A stretch of DNA of 64,000 bases from Vulcanimicrobiota bacterium. Lineage in GTDB: Bacteria > Vulcanimicrobiota > Vulcanimicrobiia > Vulcanimicrobiales > Vulcanimicrobiaceae. The number at the start of each line of letters is the position of its first letter. Positions within the stretch are counted from its first letter, which is position 1. The notes below the pieces were generated by a model that was given only the letters and a program-made list of their open reading frames with translations, searched no databases and was not told where the DNA came from. Below are positions 39,855 to 50,436 of the stretch, in pieces. Made by a program: the position numbers and the translations under genes. The stretch covers positions 1,024,001 to 1,088,000 of the forward strand of contig CAVTCS010000003.1 of NCBI GenBank assembly GCA_963733295.1, written 5' to 3'.

Positions 39855-40889
39855 ATGTCCAGCAGCGATCTAGCCCGGCTCCTGAACCTGCAGGGTGACC
39901 TGCGCATCGATTTCGTCGACTCGGCGGCGCTGAAGGGGAACGCACTCGGCGATCCGGCGCAGCGGCCGGTCGCGGTTTATCTGCCGCCGGGTTACGATGC
40001 ACAGGGCTCGGGGCGCTATCCGGTGCTCTACGTGCTGCACGGATACACCGGCGACGTCGCGGCGCTGTGTTCGGGCCGTCCCTGGGAAGTCAACGTCTTC
40101 CAATGGATCGACCGGTTGATCGCGAGCGGTGCCATGCGCCCCGCGATCCTCGCGGTGGTCGACGGCTTCACGCGCTTCGGCGGCTCGCAGTACATGAATT
40201 CGATTCACAACGGGGACTATGCGACCTACGTCGTCCGCGACGTCATCGGCCATGTCGACGCGACCTATCGCGCGATCGCGGCCGAGGGCGGGCGCGCGGT
40301 CCTGGGAAAATCGTCGGGAGGATTTGGCTCGTTGCATCTGGTCATGACGCAACCGGGCTATTTCGCCGCTTTTGCTTCGCACAGCGGCGACGCGTACTTT
40401 CGCTTGGCTTCGCCATCCTTGTTTGCGCCGGCGCAGCGTACGCTCGAGAAATTCGATGGAGACATCGGTGCCTTCGTAAGCGATTTCGAGGGGAAGCCCA
40501 AACGTTCGGAAGCGGAATACTCGACGATGGAGCTCTTGGGCTACACCTCTGCCTACTCTCCGCGCGCGGCCGAACGGTTCGCGCTCGACCTGCCCTTCGA
40601 CGCAAAGAGCGGCGAGATTCGCGATGACGTGTTCTCGCGCTGGTTGGCCTGCGATCCGGTCGAAATGTGCCTCGGAAAGCAAGCCGAGCTGGCCCGCTTG
40701 CGGCTCCGTTACGTCGATTGTGGCCGCAAAGACGAATTCGCGCTCGACATCGGGGCGCGCATCTTGGTCGCCCGCATGCGCGAGATGGGCCTGGCGACGC
40801 GCCACGAGGAGTTCGACGACGACCACCGCAACGTCGGGTACCGGTACGCCGTTTCGCTACCGGCGTTAGTCGAGGTCTTGGAGGTTTGA
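39855..40889 (+). CDS. Alpha/beta-hydrolase esterase (Fes/putative esterase family)
   Basis: VYLPPGY...RYPVLYVLHG, GKSSGG nucleophile, EEFDDDH. Confidence 0.88.
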   Translation: MSSSDLARLLNLQGDLRIDFVDSAALKGNALGDPAQRPVAVYLPPGYDAQGSGRYPVLYVLHGYTGDVAALCSGRPWEVNVFQWIDRLIASGAMRPAILAVVDGFTRFGGSQYMNSIHNGDYATYVVRDVIGHVDATYRAIAAEGGRAVLGKSSGGFGSLHLVMTQPGYFAAFASHSGDAYFRLASPSLFAPAQRTLEKFDGDIGAFVSDFEGKPKRSEAEYSTMELLGYTSAYSPRAAERFALDLPFDAKSGEIRDDVFSRWLACDPVEMCLGKQAELARLRLRYVDCGRKDEFALDIGARILVARMREMGLATRHEEFDDDHRNVGYRYAVSLPALVEVLEV

Positions 40890-41419
40890 TGCGTCTTTTA
40901 GGGATCGTGCTGGTACTGGGCTTAGTCTTCCAACTCTCGCCCGCGCTTGCCGACGGGCAAACCTACCACGACAAGAGCATAACGTTCACCGCGCCTGACG
41001 ACTGGAGCAACCTCAACGTACCGCCGCCGGCGAGCACGGAGGACTCAACGCTGGTCGCGATGTTCGTGAAGGACCCGGGGCACCAGAACGCGCGCGCGAT
41101 CCAGATCGTCGTCAAAGATTTTGACGGGAGCCTCGATGCGTTCGATAGCGCGTACGAGAAAGAGTTGAAAACAAAGTCCGACAGCACGTTTATCACTTCG
41201 AAGAAGGTCACGCTTTCGAACGGCATGCCCGCCTATTGGTTGAAAGTATCGCAGGGATCGGACGTGGGCCAATACACGCGACGCTTCGAGTACGTCATCA
41301 TCGATCTCAAGCGCGGGATCACGGTGAGCTACATCGGTCGCCAAGGTGATTTCGAAGAGAAGGATGCACAAGCGGCGCTTGCCGGGCTCAGCGTCGTCGC
41401 TTATCCCCGCGATCGCTGA
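40889..41419 (+). CDS. Secreted hypothetical protein (PsbP/DcrB-like fold possible)
   Basis: Signal peptide ending ALA; ITFTAPDDW; TGATG coupling to esterase. Confidence 0.7.
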   Translation: MRLLGIVLVLGLVFQLSPALADGQTYHDKSITFTAPDDWSNLNVPPPASTEDSTLVAMFVKDPGHQNARAIQIVVKDFDGSLDAFDSAYEKELKTKSDSTFITSKKVTLSNGMPAYWLKVSQGSDVGQYTRRFEYVIIDLKRGITVSYIGRQGDFEEKDAQAALAGLSVVAYPRDR

Positions 41420-42588
41420 AGAGCGACGGGTTCGAGCGACGCCTCGAGCGCCTGACGCAGATCTTCGATGAGGTCGGCGGCGTCTTCGATACCGACGGAG
41501 AGGCGCAGCAACGAATCGGTGATGCCGCGGCGCTCCCGCTCCTCCTTTGGAATCGAACCGTGGGTCATGCGCGCGGGATGGCAGATCAGCGATTCGACGC
41601 CGCCGAGGCTTTCGGCGAGACTGAAGAGCCGCGTGGTCTTCGCGAGGACGAAGGCGCGCTCGGCCGGGCCGCGCGGAGCGAAGGAGACCATCCCGCCGAA
41701 ACCTCGCATCTGACGCTTTGCCAGCGCGTGGCCGGGATCGGAGGCTAAGCCGGGGTAGCGAACGATCTCGACGTCGTCGCGCGCATGCAAGAACTCGGCG
41801 ACTGCTTGTGCGTTGCGCTCGTGTTCGCGCATGCGTAGCGCGAGCGTCTTCGCACCGCGCATCACGAGCCATGCGTCCATCGGACCCGGCACGCCGCCCA
41901 CCGCGTTCTGGTGGAACTTGAGGCTCTCGGCGATCGCCGGGTCGTTGGTGAGCGCGGCGCCTCCGACCGCGTCGCTGTGACCGCCGATGTATTTCGTAGT
42001 CGAATAAACGGAGACGTCGGCGCCCAAGCGGAGCGGCGATTGAAGGTAGGGTGTCGCGAAGGTGTTGTCGACGACCAGTACCTGGCCCGGCCGTTTGAGC
42101 GCAGCCAGCGCGGCAATGTCGACCAATTTGAGAAGTGGATTGGTCGGAGTCTCAGCCCAGATGAGCTTCGTTTCGGGACGAAACGCCGCGCGCGTCGCGG
42201 CTGCGTCGGCGAGGTCGACGAACGTGAACGTCAACCCGTAGCGAGCGAGCACGCGCGCGAAAAGCCGGTAGGTCCCGCCGTAGAGATCGTCGCCGACAAC
42301 GACGTGATCTCCGGCCGAGAGCAGGTTCATGACGGCCGAAGTCGCCGCCATTCCGCTTGCGAACGCGCTGCAAAACGCGGCTTCCTCGAGAGCCGCGAGC
42401 TGCCGCTCGAGCGCGAGGCGGGTCGGGTTGATCGTGCGGCTGTAGTCGAACCCGCGGTGCTCGCCGATCGCAGTTTGCGTGTAGGTCGAGGTTTGATAGA
42501 TCGGGACGATCGTCGCGCCCGTCGCCGGATCCGCTTCTTGACCGGCGTGGATCGCCCGCGTCGCGAAGCCCTCGGAACCTGCGCTCAC
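41401..42588 (-). CDS. Cystathionine gamma-lyase/synthase (PLP)
   Basis: FATRAIHAGQ, YSR..NPT, ETPTNP, STTKYIGGHSD, AESLGGVESL. Confidence 0.94.
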   Translation of the reverse strand: MSAGSEGFATRAIHAGQEADPATGATIVPIYQTSTYTQTAIGEHRGFDYSRTINPTRLALERQLAALEEAAFCSAFASGMAATSAVMNLLSAGDHVVVGDDLYGGTYRLFARVLARYGLTFTFVDLADAAATRAAFRPETKLIWAETPTNPLLKLVDIAALAALKRPGQVLVVDNTFATPYLQSPLRLGADVSVYSTTKYIGGHSDAVGGAALTNDPAIAESLKFHQNAVGGVPGPMDAWLVMRGAKTLALRMREHERNAQAVAEFLHARDDVEIVRYPGLASDPGHALAKRQMRGFGGMVSFAPRGPAERAFVLAKTTRLFSLAESLGGVESLICHPARMTHGSIPKEERERRGITDSLLRLSVGIEDAADLIEDLRQALEASLEPVALQRSRG

Positions 42589-43976
42589 TTCTGCTGGGTC
42601 GCGCTGGCCGAAAGAAACGAGATGACGTCTTGGCGCGTCACGACGCCCATGGGGCGACCGCCCTCGGTGACGAGCAGTGCGGCGCTCTCGATCGTCAGGA
42701 GTTTGTACGCGCGATCGATCTCCGCCGAGGTTTCGAGCGCAGGGAAGGGCCGGCCCATCACCTCGCGCACCGGTTTGTGGATAAGGTCGGCTTGCGCGAA
42801 AACCGCCTGCATGACCGCCACGTCGTTCACGCTGCCGACGATCTCCTGACCGCGGATGACGGGAAGTTGCGAAATCTCGTAACTGCGCAGCAGATCGAGA
42901 GCGTGCTTGACGACGTCGTCGTCTTTGACGGTGATTAGCGGCGGCAACGGTTCTTTGCTGCGCAGCACGTCGCCGACCGTGGCTTGGCGCTTCCCTTCGG
43001 AGATGAAGCCGTTGGCGATCATCCAGTCGTCGTTGAAGATCTTCGACATATAGCCGCGGCCGCTGTCGGGAAAGATGACGACGAGGATGCTTTCCGGCGG
43101 TAAGGTTTTGGCTACTCGCACCGCAGCAACCGCCGCGGTCCCCGACGATCCGCCGACCAGCAAACCTTCCTCGCGCGTGATTCGCCGCGCCATCAAGAAG
43201 GACTCGCGATCGGAGACGCGCTGGACTTCGTCGATCACGCGCATGTCCACCGTTTCGGGTAAGTAAGCCATGCCGATGCCTTCGACCGCGTACGACTTCG
43301 GAGTGTCGCCGGAGTAGATCGAGCCTTCCGGATCGGCGCCGATCACGCGAATGGCGGGTTGGCGCTCCTTGAGGAAGCGTGCCGTCCCCGAAATCGTGCC
43401 GCCCGTGCCGATTCCGGAGACGAGATGCGTGATCGTCCCGGCGGTCTGTTCCCAGATCTCGGGACCGGTCGTGTCGTAGTGCGCGTCGGGGTTGGCATGA
43501 TTGTGCCACTGGTTGGGCATGAACGCGCCGGGAATCTCGGCGACGAGCCGATTCGCAACGCCGTAGTACGACTCGGGTGAATCGGAGGGTGCGTTTGTCG
43601 GCGTGATGACGACGTCGGCGCCGTAGGCTCGCAAGAGGTCGATTTTTTCTTTGGACATCTTGTCGGGCATGACCAGAATGCAGCGGTAACCGCGAATCGC
43701 GGCGGCCATTGCGAGGCCGGTCCCGGTGTTGCCGCTGGTCGCTTCGACGATCGTCGCGCCGGGCTTGAGCAAACCGCGTTCTTCGGCGTCGCGCAGCATC
43801 GCGACGGCAGGCCGGTCCTTGACGCTCCCGCCCGGGTTGACGTACTCGACTTTGGCGAGCACTAAACACTTCGCGCCGTCGATCACGCGCCGCAGGCGGA
43901 TCAGCGGGGTTCGCCCCACGGCCTCTAGGGCGCTCTCAAAGTACTGAGCTTTCCGTAGCGCGTCGGCGGTAGCCAT
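42585..43976 (-). CDS. cbs: Cystathionine beta-synthase with C-terminal CBS pair
   Basis: NPGGSVKDR, TSGNTG, GIGTGGT, PDSGRGYMSK, CBS domains. Confidence 0.93.
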   Translation of the reverse strand: MATADALRKAQYFESALEAVGRTPLIRLRRVIDGAKCLVLAKVEYVNPGGSVKDRPAVAMLRDAEERGLLKPGATIVEATSGNTGTGLAMAAAIRGYRCILVMPDKMSKEKIDLLRAYGADVVITPTNAPSDSPESYYGVANRLVAEIPGAFMPNQWHNHANPDAHYDTTGPEIWEQTAGTITHLVSGIGTGGTISGTARFLKERQPAIRVIGADPEGSIYSGDTPKSYAVEGIGMAYLPETVDMRVIDEVQRVSDRESFLMARRITREEGLLVGGSSGTAAVAAVRVAKTLPPESILVVIFPDSGRGYMSKIFNDDWMIANGFISEGKRQATVGDVLRSKEPLPPLITVKDDDVVKHALDLLRSYEISQLPVIRGQEIVGSVNDVAVMQAVFAQADLIHKPVREVMGRPFPALETSAEIDRAYKLLTIESAALLVTEGGRPMGVVTRQDVISFLSASATQQK

Positions 43977-44078
43977 CGTTCCTCCCGGCCTCATGGTCGA
44001 ACCAAAAGCTTCGCTTCCGCGGCTGAATCTCATCGGCGGCCGGGGCGGTTCTATGAGTCGTCACACAGGAGGTTTGAG

Positions 44079-44432
44079 GTGGCGACCGATTTTACCAGCG
44101 GCAAAGACTTTCCGAGGCGCGGCCGCGAGGAGGCGGGCGGGTTCATGTGGCTCCTGCGCGTGTTCGACAAGGCTCGAGCCTCGGCCGGCGGGACGATTCA
44201 CGATTACATCTATCCGTGCCCGATGGATAAGGGCGTCTTGGAACGCTGGGGGATCACGCCGGCCCAGTTCGACGAAGCCATCCGGAAGCACCGCAGCGAC
44301 GCCGAAATCTTGGCATGGGTAAGAGAGCGCGTCAGCGACGAGCGGCGAGAAGCGGCCAACGCCTGGCTGCGTAAAGAGAAGAGCGGTAGTTTAGACCGGC
44401 AGGATTCCGAAGAAGGCGTTATCGCCGCTTAA
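44079..44432 (+). CDS. DUF5069-like protein
   Basis: GG..WL.R..DKARA...GT...YIYPCPMD; GGAGG RBS. Confidence 0.75.
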   Translation: MATDFTSGKDFPRRGREEAGGFMWLLRVFDKARASAGGTIHDYIYPCPMDKGVLERWGITPAQFDEAIRKHRSDAEILAWVRERVSDERREAANAWLRKEKSGSLDRQDSEEGVIAA

Positions 44433-44449
44433 CTCAAAATCGCGCGAAC

Positions 44450-44788
44450 ATGAAAGTTGGCCGATTCTCCCTTGCCGTCGCGCTCGCGTTTTTACTATCG
44501 AGTTGCGGCCCCGCGGCTCCGCCGGCCGGCAGCTACGGCACGTTGACCGGTTTCGTGCGGGATGCTGCAAGCGGGCTTCCGATCGCTGGAGCGGTGGTGA
44601 GCGTTTCGGTTATTAGCTCGAGCCCAACCGGAACCGACGGAAAATTCACCGTGTACCCGATTCCGCCGGGACCCATTACCGCCGTGACCGCGACGGCGCC
44701 AAGTTACCAGCAATACAACAATCCCGCGGGAGGGACGATCGCTCCGGGGCAAATCCTCAACCAAGACGTTCTGATGACGCACACCTGA
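44450..44788 (+). CDS. Lipoprotein with carboxypeptidase-regulatory-like domain
   Basis: LSS|C lipobox; GTLTGFVRDAASGLPIAGAVV. Confidence 0.82.
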   Translation: MKVGRFSLAVALAFLLSSCGPAAPPAGSYGTLTGFVRDAASGLPIAGAVVSVSVISSSPTGTDGKFTVYPIPPGPITAVTATAPSYQQYNNPAGGTIAPGQILNQDVLMTHT

Positions 44789-45934
44789 TTGCTCGCGGTC
44801 ATCGCGCCGGATAAGTTCAAAGGGAGCTTGACGGCGCTCGAAGCGGCGAGGGCAATCGAACGCGGTTTGCAGAAGTCGCTCGGCGCTGCGCTCGAAACGC
44901 GCATCGTGCCGATGGCGGACGGTGGCGAAGGGACCGTCGACGCGTTCGTCGCGACCGGCGCGCGTCGCGTGACTCGAACGGTGCGGGGTCCGCTCGGGGC
45001 AGAGGTCGAGGCCGGCTTCGCGCTGGCGGGGTCGACGGCGATCGTCGAGATGGCGGCGGCCTCCGGTCTTCCGCTGGTTGCTGCGGAGCAGCGCGATCCA
45101 CTGCGTGCCAGCAGCTTTGGAACCGGCCAGCTGATCGAAGCGGCGCTCGACGTGGGCGCGCAACACCTCGTCGTCGGCATCGGCGGTAGCGCCACGAACG
45201 ACGGCGGCGCGGGGTTACTGAGCGCGCTCGGCGCGCGCTTCTTGGATCGCGGCGGTCGCGATTTAGCGCCCGGCGGCGCCGCGCTGGCGGACTTGAAGCG
45301 AATCGATCTGAGCGATTTCGATCCGCGGATCGCCGCTCGTCGCATCGAAGTCGCCGCGGACGTCACCAATCCGCTCACCGGCGCGAGCGGTGCGAGCGCG
45401 GTTTTCGGTCCGCAGAAGGGCGCCGCTCCCGCGCAAGTGGCGTTGCTCGACGCCGCGCTGACGCACTTCGCGGACGTCGCCGCCGCACTTTTGGGGCGCG
45501 ACATGCGAGCGGTTCCCGGCGCCGGCGCAGCGGGTGGAGTCGGATTTGCGTTGCTCGCTTTCGCGGGAGCGACGTTGCGGCCGGGCGTCGAGATCGTGGC
45601 CGAGCTGCGCGGCCTAAAGCGTGCGCTGGAGGGCGCGCAATGGTGTCTTACCGGAGAAGGCAGTATCGACGCGCAGACGCTCGACGGGAAGACCGTCGAC
45701 GGCGTCGCGCGCGCCGCGCAAGCTCAAGGGGTGCGCACGATCGCTTTTGCGGGGCGCGTTGAGCCGGGGGCAGCGGCGGAACTGACAGCGCGCGGCGTGA
45801 CAGTGATCCCGTTGTCCGATCCGCCGCTCGAGCTAACGGAGTCGCTGAGGCGCGCCGCCGAGCTGCTGGAAGCGGCCGCGGAAAAGGCTGGCGAACGCAT
45901 CGGCCGCGGCGACCTCCAAACTCAGGGGCGCTAG
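44789..45934 (+). CDS. Glycerate kinase (GlxK/GarK family)
   Basis: IAPDKFKGSL, MADGGEGT, GGSATNDGG, GAGAAGG, TGEG. Confidence 0.95.
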   Translation: MLAVIAPDKFKGSLTALEAARAIERGLQKSLGAALETRIVPMADGGEGTVDAFVATGARRVTRTVRGPLGAEVEAGFALAGSTAIVEMAAASGLPLVAAEQRDPLRASSFGTGQLIEAALDVGAQHLVVGIGGSATNDGGAGLLSALGARFLDRGGRDLAPGGAALADLKRIDLSDFDPRIAARRIEVAADVTNPLTGASGASAVFGPQKGAAPAQVALLDAALTHFADVAAALLGRDMRAVPGAGAAGGVGFALLAFAGATLRPGVEIVAELRGLKRALEGAQWCLTGEGSIDAQTLDGKTVDGVARAAQAQGVRTIAFAGRVEPGAAAELTARGVTVIPLSDPPLELTESLRRAAELLEAAAEKAGERIGRGDLQTQGR

Positions 45935-47277
45935 CCGCCGCTCGCGGCTTCTCGCGCCGGCGCCGTCGCCAGGCGCACGAATGACGAGCGTCGCGCAACG
46001 TAGTCGTCGACGAGTTTGAGAACGACGTCGGCGAGCCGCTGCGGATCGTGACGAACGGTCTCGGTTTCGCTGATGACGCTGGCGCGAACCACGCGGATGC
46101 CGAGCGCCTCGATTGCGGCAGTATCGGGAACGACCGGAACCTGTCCCTCCTCTGCGTACGCTTCGAGCAGGCGTTTCGGCGGCTCTTCGTTGACGACCGC
46201 ATATTCGCAGACGCGGGCGCGGGCCTGTTCGAGCAGCGTTTTGACATGTTTTGAGGCCGTGAACCCATCCGTCTCGCCGGGCTGCGTCATCACGTTGCAG
46301 ATGTAGATTTTTGCGCAGTGCGCTTCCGCGACGGCCTGTGCGATACCGTCCACGAGAACGTTCGGAAGAATCGACGTATAGAGGCTGCCGGGACCCAGCA
46401 CGATGGCGTCGGCCTCTTGAATTGCGGTGACGACTTCGGCGAGGGGTGAAACCCGCGGCGGTTCGAGTTCGAGCTTGACGATCTGAGCGTGGCCGCTCGA
46501 AATCGCCGTCTCGCCGCGTGCGATCGTTCCATCGGCATAGGTCGCGCGCAAGCGAACGCGTTCGAGCGTCGAGGGCAGGACGCGGCCCTTGATGTTGAGG
46601 ACGCGGCTCGATTCCTTGATCGCGCGATCGAAGTTTCCGGTAATGCCGGTCATCGCAGCCAAAAAGAGGTTGCCGAACGAGTGGCCGGTCAGCCCTTCGC
46701 CTTCGCTGAAGCGGTAGCGGAAGAGATCGGTGACCATCGCTTCGTCATCCGCCAGCGCGACGAGGCAGTTGCGAATATCACCCGGCGGAAGAATGCCGAG
46801 CTCTTTTTGAAGCCGGCCCGAACTGCCGCCGTCGTCGCTCACTGTTACGACGGCGGTGAGGTTCGAGGTGTACCGTTTGAGGCCGCGCAGGAGCGTCGAA
46901 AGGCCGGTGCCGCCGCCGATTGCGACGATCTTATAGCCGCGCCGCAAACGCATGTCGAGCAAGGCATCGACGATGTTGTCTTGGCCGCGCGATGATATCG
47001 CGCCGACGATCGAATGGATCCACTGGCGCAATCCGAACGCCACGCAAACGGCGCCGGCGATCATGAAAGCGTACGAGAGCCAGGGTAGCGGGACGTCGAA
47101 ATCATTGAAGAAGGAATCGACGAGCTCGTTGATCCCCATGTTCGAGCCCTCGGCGGTCATCCAGCGCGAGACGCCGTTCACGATCAAGAGCGTTCCGACT
47201 ACGGTCAACAGAAGCCAGCGCTTTACGCCGAGACCGGGGTAGAGCCAGCGGAAGAAGCGCAGGGGACTCGCGTTCAT
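45931..47277 (-). CDS. yvcK: YvcK/GlmR family protein with N-terminal TM extension
   Basis: IGGGTGLS, DDGGSSG, PPGDIRNCL, GHSFGNL, GPGSLYTS. Confidence 0.93.
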   Translation of the reverse strand: MNASPLRFFRWLYPGLGVKRWLLLTVVGTLLIVNGVSRWMTAEGSNMGINELVDSFFNDFDVPLPWLSYAFMIAGAVCVAFGLRQWIHSIVGAISSRGQDNIVDALLDMRLRRGYKIVAIGGGTGLSTLLRGLKRYTSNLTAVVTVSDDGGSSGRLQKELGILPPGDIRNCLVALADDEAMVTDLFRYRFSEGEGLTGHSFGNLFLAAMTGITGNFDRAIKESSRVLNIKGRVLPSTLERVRLRATYADGTIARGETAISSGHAQIVKLELEPPRVSPLAEVVTAIQEADAIVLGPGSLYTSILPNVLVDGIAQAVAEAHCAKIYICNVMTQPGETDGFTASKHVKTLLEQARARVCEYAVVNEEPPKRLLEAYAEEGQVPVVPDTAAIEALGIRVVRASVISETETVRHDPQRLADVVLKLVDDYVARRSSFVRLATAPAREAASGG

Positions 47278-48137
47278 ACGGCCGCTAGTTCGCGGTGCTC
47301 GAGCGTTACCTTGAGTCCTTGCCGGGTGCGCAAGTGCGCGCCGATGCGTTCCGCTATATAGACCGAACGGTGCCGGCCACCGGTGCAACCGAAGGCGATC
47401 GTCAAGCGCGTCTTACCTTCGGCAACGTAGAGCGGTACGAGGAAGTCGAGCAGCGATTCGAGCCGCTGCAAGAAGCCGCGGGTCTCGGGCTGAGCCTCGA
47501 GAAATTTCGCGACCGGTTCGTCGGTGCCGCGGCACTCCCTGAGTTCGGGAACGTAGTATGGATTGGGCAAGAAGCGAACGTCGAAGACGAGGTCGGCATC
47601 GAGCGGCAGGCCGAACTTGAATCCAAACGTGACGACGTGCACGGACATCGCGGGCCAATTCGTCTCGTCGCCGAATTTGGCGGCGATCTGCGCCTTGAGT
47701 TCGGCGAGCGTCATTTGCGAGGTATCGAGGATGTGCGTCGCGGCCGAGCGGACGGCGAGGAGTTCCCTGCGCTCTCGCGCGATCGCGCCTTGGAGTGCGC
47801 CGGCCCCGTCGAGCGGATGCCGCCGGCGCGTTTCGCTGAAACGGCGCAGGAGCGCTTCGTCGCCGGCTTCCAGATAGAGGATTTCAAACGCGATGCCGCG
47901 CTCGCGCAGGTGCTGCAAAGCCGTCATCGGGTCGCCGAAAGGTCCTTGCCTGCGCATTTCCAGCGAGAGAGCGAGCTGGTCGACGCCCGCGCTCCGCGCG
48001 AGTTCGACGAGCTCGAGCGCAAGTGCAGGCGGTAAGTTGTCGATACAATAGTAGCCCAGGTCTTCGAAAGACTTCATCGCCTGACTCTTGCCGGCGCCGG
48101 AAAGCCCGGCAACGACGACGAAGCGGATGGAGCTCAC
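47274..48137 (-). CDS. rapZ: RNase adapter RapZ (YvcJ)
   Basis: GLSGAGKS, ETRRRHP, FGFKFG, DVRFLPNP, GCTGGRHRSV. Confidence 0.96.
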   Translation of the reverse strand: MSSIRFVVVAGLSGAGKSQAMKSFEDLGYYCIDNLPPALALELVELARSAGVDQLALSLEMRRQGPFGDPMTALQHLRERGIAFEILYLEAGDEALLRRFSETRRRHPLDGAGALQGAIARERRELLAVRSAATHILDTSQMTLAELKAQIAAKFGDETNWPAMSVHVVTFGFKFGLPLDADLVFDVRFLPNPYYVPELRECRGTDEPVAKFLEAQPETRGFLQRLESLLDFLVPLYVAEGKTRLTIAFGCTGGRHRSVYIAERIGAHLRTRQGLKVTLEHRELAAV

Positions 48138-48161
48138 CGATTTCCGCCGGAGCGATCGATC

Positions 48162-48551
48162 ATGAAGCTGTTTTCGCCCGAGAAAGCGAACGCCCTCATT
48201 CCGGTCTTGACGCCGATGCTGGAAGAACTGTGGGCAAAGCGGCGCGAGCTGGCAATTAAGCTGCTCGAGCAGGATCCCGCGCTACGCCACGCAGGTTCGC
48301 GGACGCCCACTTCCGCCGTCGAGCGGCGAGGGGAAGCGCGGCGGTGCACCGAGTTGAAAGCGGAGATCGTGCGGACGATCAACCGTGTCGAGTCGTATGG
48401 TTGCGTCGTCAAGGACCTCAACCTGGGACTCCTCGATTTTCCGGCGCTTCGCGATGGACGGCCCGTCTTTCTCTGCTGGAAAATCGGCGAACCGTCGATC
48501 GAGCACTGGCACGGCACCGACGAGTCGTTCGTCGACCGTAAGGAGATCTGA
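48162..48551 (+). CDS. DUF2203 family protein
   Basis: F..EKANALIP; VKDLNLGLLDFP...LCWKIGE..WH. Confidence 0.85.
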   Translation: MKLFSPEKANALIPVLTPMLEELWAKRRELAIKLLEQDPALRHAGSRTPTSAVERRGEARRCTELKAEIVRTINRVESYGCVVKDLNLGLLDFPALRDGRPVFLCWKIGEPSIEHWHGTDESFVDRKEI

Positions 48552-48569
48552 GCCGCGAGGGCGCCGGAT

Positions 48570-48971
48570 TTAGGCCGGCGCCGTTGCAGTCTCGACCTTA
48601 ATGAAGTCTTCGGCTAGTCCCTGAAGGCGAACGTCGCCGAACTCGACGGTGTACGCGCCGGCGTCGTGGCTCTTGACCTCGCCCGTCTCGGGTACGTTGG
48701 CGAGCTGCGGGATTTTCGTGCGGATCTCGTCGGGGAGACGGACCTTGTCGCCGACGTTCAAACCGCCGTGCTCGAAGAGGTTCTCGAGTTCTTCCATCAG
48801 CATCGGCAGCGGAATGCCATACCCTTCGCTGACTTGCGCGATGGTTTCAGTCTCGCTGATCGCGCAATTCGAGCATCCACCCAAATGAAACTTGGCAAAC
48901 ACGCGGCGGGCGCCGGCGTGGGTTTTGAAGGCTTGTTCGACGGTTAGGTCTTTGTTGAAATGAGCGCTCAA
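48570..48971 (-). CDS. DUF1858-like (CxxC) domain protein with SH3-like C-terminus
   Basis: VFAKFHLGGCSNCAISETETI; LNVGDKVRL; AGGAG RBS. Confidence 0.72.
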   Translation of the reverse strand: MSAHFNKDLTVEQAFKTHAGARRVFAKFHLGGCSNCAISETETIAQVSEGYGIPLPMLMEELENLFEHGGLNVGDKVRLPDEIRTKIPQLANVPETGEVKSHDAGAYTVEFGDVRLQGLAEDFIKVETATAPA

Positions 48972-49076
48972 CCAATCTCTCCTGGGAAACGGGCGCGCAG
49001 GTGGCGCGCTCGATAATCGTTCCCCAGAACCGCAGGCGCGGCCTGGCCGGTTGCGGCCGCCCGGGCGAGGGGTGAA

Positions 49077-49427
49077 GCGAAGTACGCCTGTAAGCCGGAT
49101 TCTGTACCGCTTGCGCGGCGGCAGCCATCTCTCTGGGACCCCGGTTGCCCGGCGCCTCGATGCGACGTAGCTCGTGTGGGCGGGCAGCCCAGCCCTTGCG
49201 GGCGTTTCGAGCGATCTTGCTTCGCGTGGGGTTTACCCGAGCGTGCGTCTCCGCAGCGCTCCGTGAGCTCTTACCTCACGATTTCACCCTTGCCGGGACG
49301 AGCCCGGCGGTTTGTTTCTGTGGCACTTTCCTTCGGGTCGCCCCGACAGGACGTTATCCTGCACGCTGCCCTGTGAAGCCCGGACTTTCCTCACGCCCCC
49401 GGCGTGCGACTGCCCGGCGTACTTCGC
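49077..49427 (-). ncRNA. rnpB: RNase P RNA (type A)
   Basis: GAGGAAAGTCCGGGC, AAGTGCCACAGAAA, ACAGAATCCGGCTTAC; 12-bp P1 GCGAAGTACGCC/GGCGTACTTCGC. Confidence 0.96.
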
Positions 49428-49504
49428 CAAAATGATTTTACCCAGGGGAAGAAGCCGGGCCTGCGAATCGTGCGTCCCGTCTGAGCCGGACTCGGAGGCC
49501 AGCT

Positions 49505-50329
49505 ATGTGGGTAGTCCTGGGATTTCTCCTCGCGGCGGCACTCGGCTTGATCGCGGTGCTTGTTGCGGGCCGGCGTGGCTCCGTTCCGCGCAACGACTAC
49601 CCATGGATGCTCGATGAGGTTTCGAAGCTCCACGTGGCAATCGTCGGCAGCCTGGCCGGCTTCGCCTTTACGGGCGTGGTGCTCGTGGTGACGCTGGTGC
49701 GGGACACCGCGCAAACTGAGGAAGTCGCGCTCGACACGGTGATCGTCATGTTCCTCGTCGCGTACTTGTACTGGGTAGGCAGCGCTTTTCTCATCTCGTA
49801 CCTGCCGCGCGGTCTCGAGAGCGGCGACCTGGTACAGCGGGTCCATTTCAGCCTTGCGTCCACGATCGAATATCGTACCGTCTTTCTTTCCTGGTTTGCG
49901 CTGCTGCCGCTCCTTCAAGCAAACGGCCTGGGCCGGCTCGTGCACATCCTTTACTTTCTACTGCCCGTGTCGTTATTTCTCGGCTCTCTACTGCTGGCGA
50001 TGGCTACCGATGGTCTGGGACTCGTCCGCTTCAAAGAAACATACTTCTCCGCCGCAGTAGGAACGGGACTTGCCCTAGCATATGCAGCGGTCGTTACGTG
50101 GATATTTCCCGGCGCGCGCTCGGCATACTCGGCATTGCATCTTGCTATCGTATTGTTCTGCGTGAACGGCATCGGCTTCGCGCTCGCGACGCTTACGCCG
50201 CTGGCACATAAGTACGCCGGCGTCGACCGCTTCTACGAACGATTCGGAAGGCAGCTGGTCGTTGCCGACATGCAACTAACGATGCTCGCGCTCGCGTTCC
50301 TCTGGCTGGCCGTAGTCGGCGCGATCTAA
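49505..50329 (+). CDS. Hypothetical multi-pass membrane protein
   Basis: 274 aa, about 8 hydrophobic segments, GGAGG RBS. Confidence 0.8.
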   Translation: MWVVLGFLLAAALGLIAVLVAGRRGSVPRNDYPWMLDEVSKLHVAIVGSLAGFAFTGVVLVVTLVRDTAQTEEVALDTVIVMFLVAYLYWVGSAFLISYLPRGLESGDLVQRVHFSLASTIEYRTVFLSWFALLPLLQANGLGRLVHILYFLLPVSLFLGSLLLAMATDGLGLVRFKETYFSAAVGTGLALAYAAVVTWIFPGARSAYSALHLAIVLFCVNGIGFALATLTPLAHKYAGVDRFYERFGRQLVVADMQLTMLALAFLWLAVVGAI

Positions 50330-50436
50330 AAGTCGAACCGTGTTCCGCATCGGCGTCGATCGGCAGCCGCTAACGACCGCCGGGAGCCTCCCCGGCCCGG
50401 GGAGGCGGGCATCTGGCGTCGAAAAATCTCGGCGGT

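Noticed and set aside
41401..43869. 822-aa ORF as a CBS-CGL fusion or long N-terminal extension
   Set aside because: The upstream part is an off-frame shadow of cbs; real CGL starts at GTG 42588 overlapping the cbs stop
41401..43976. CBS-CGL pair as a novelty
   Set aside because: Well-known reverse transsulfuration gene pair; no SAM riboswitch motif seen upstream
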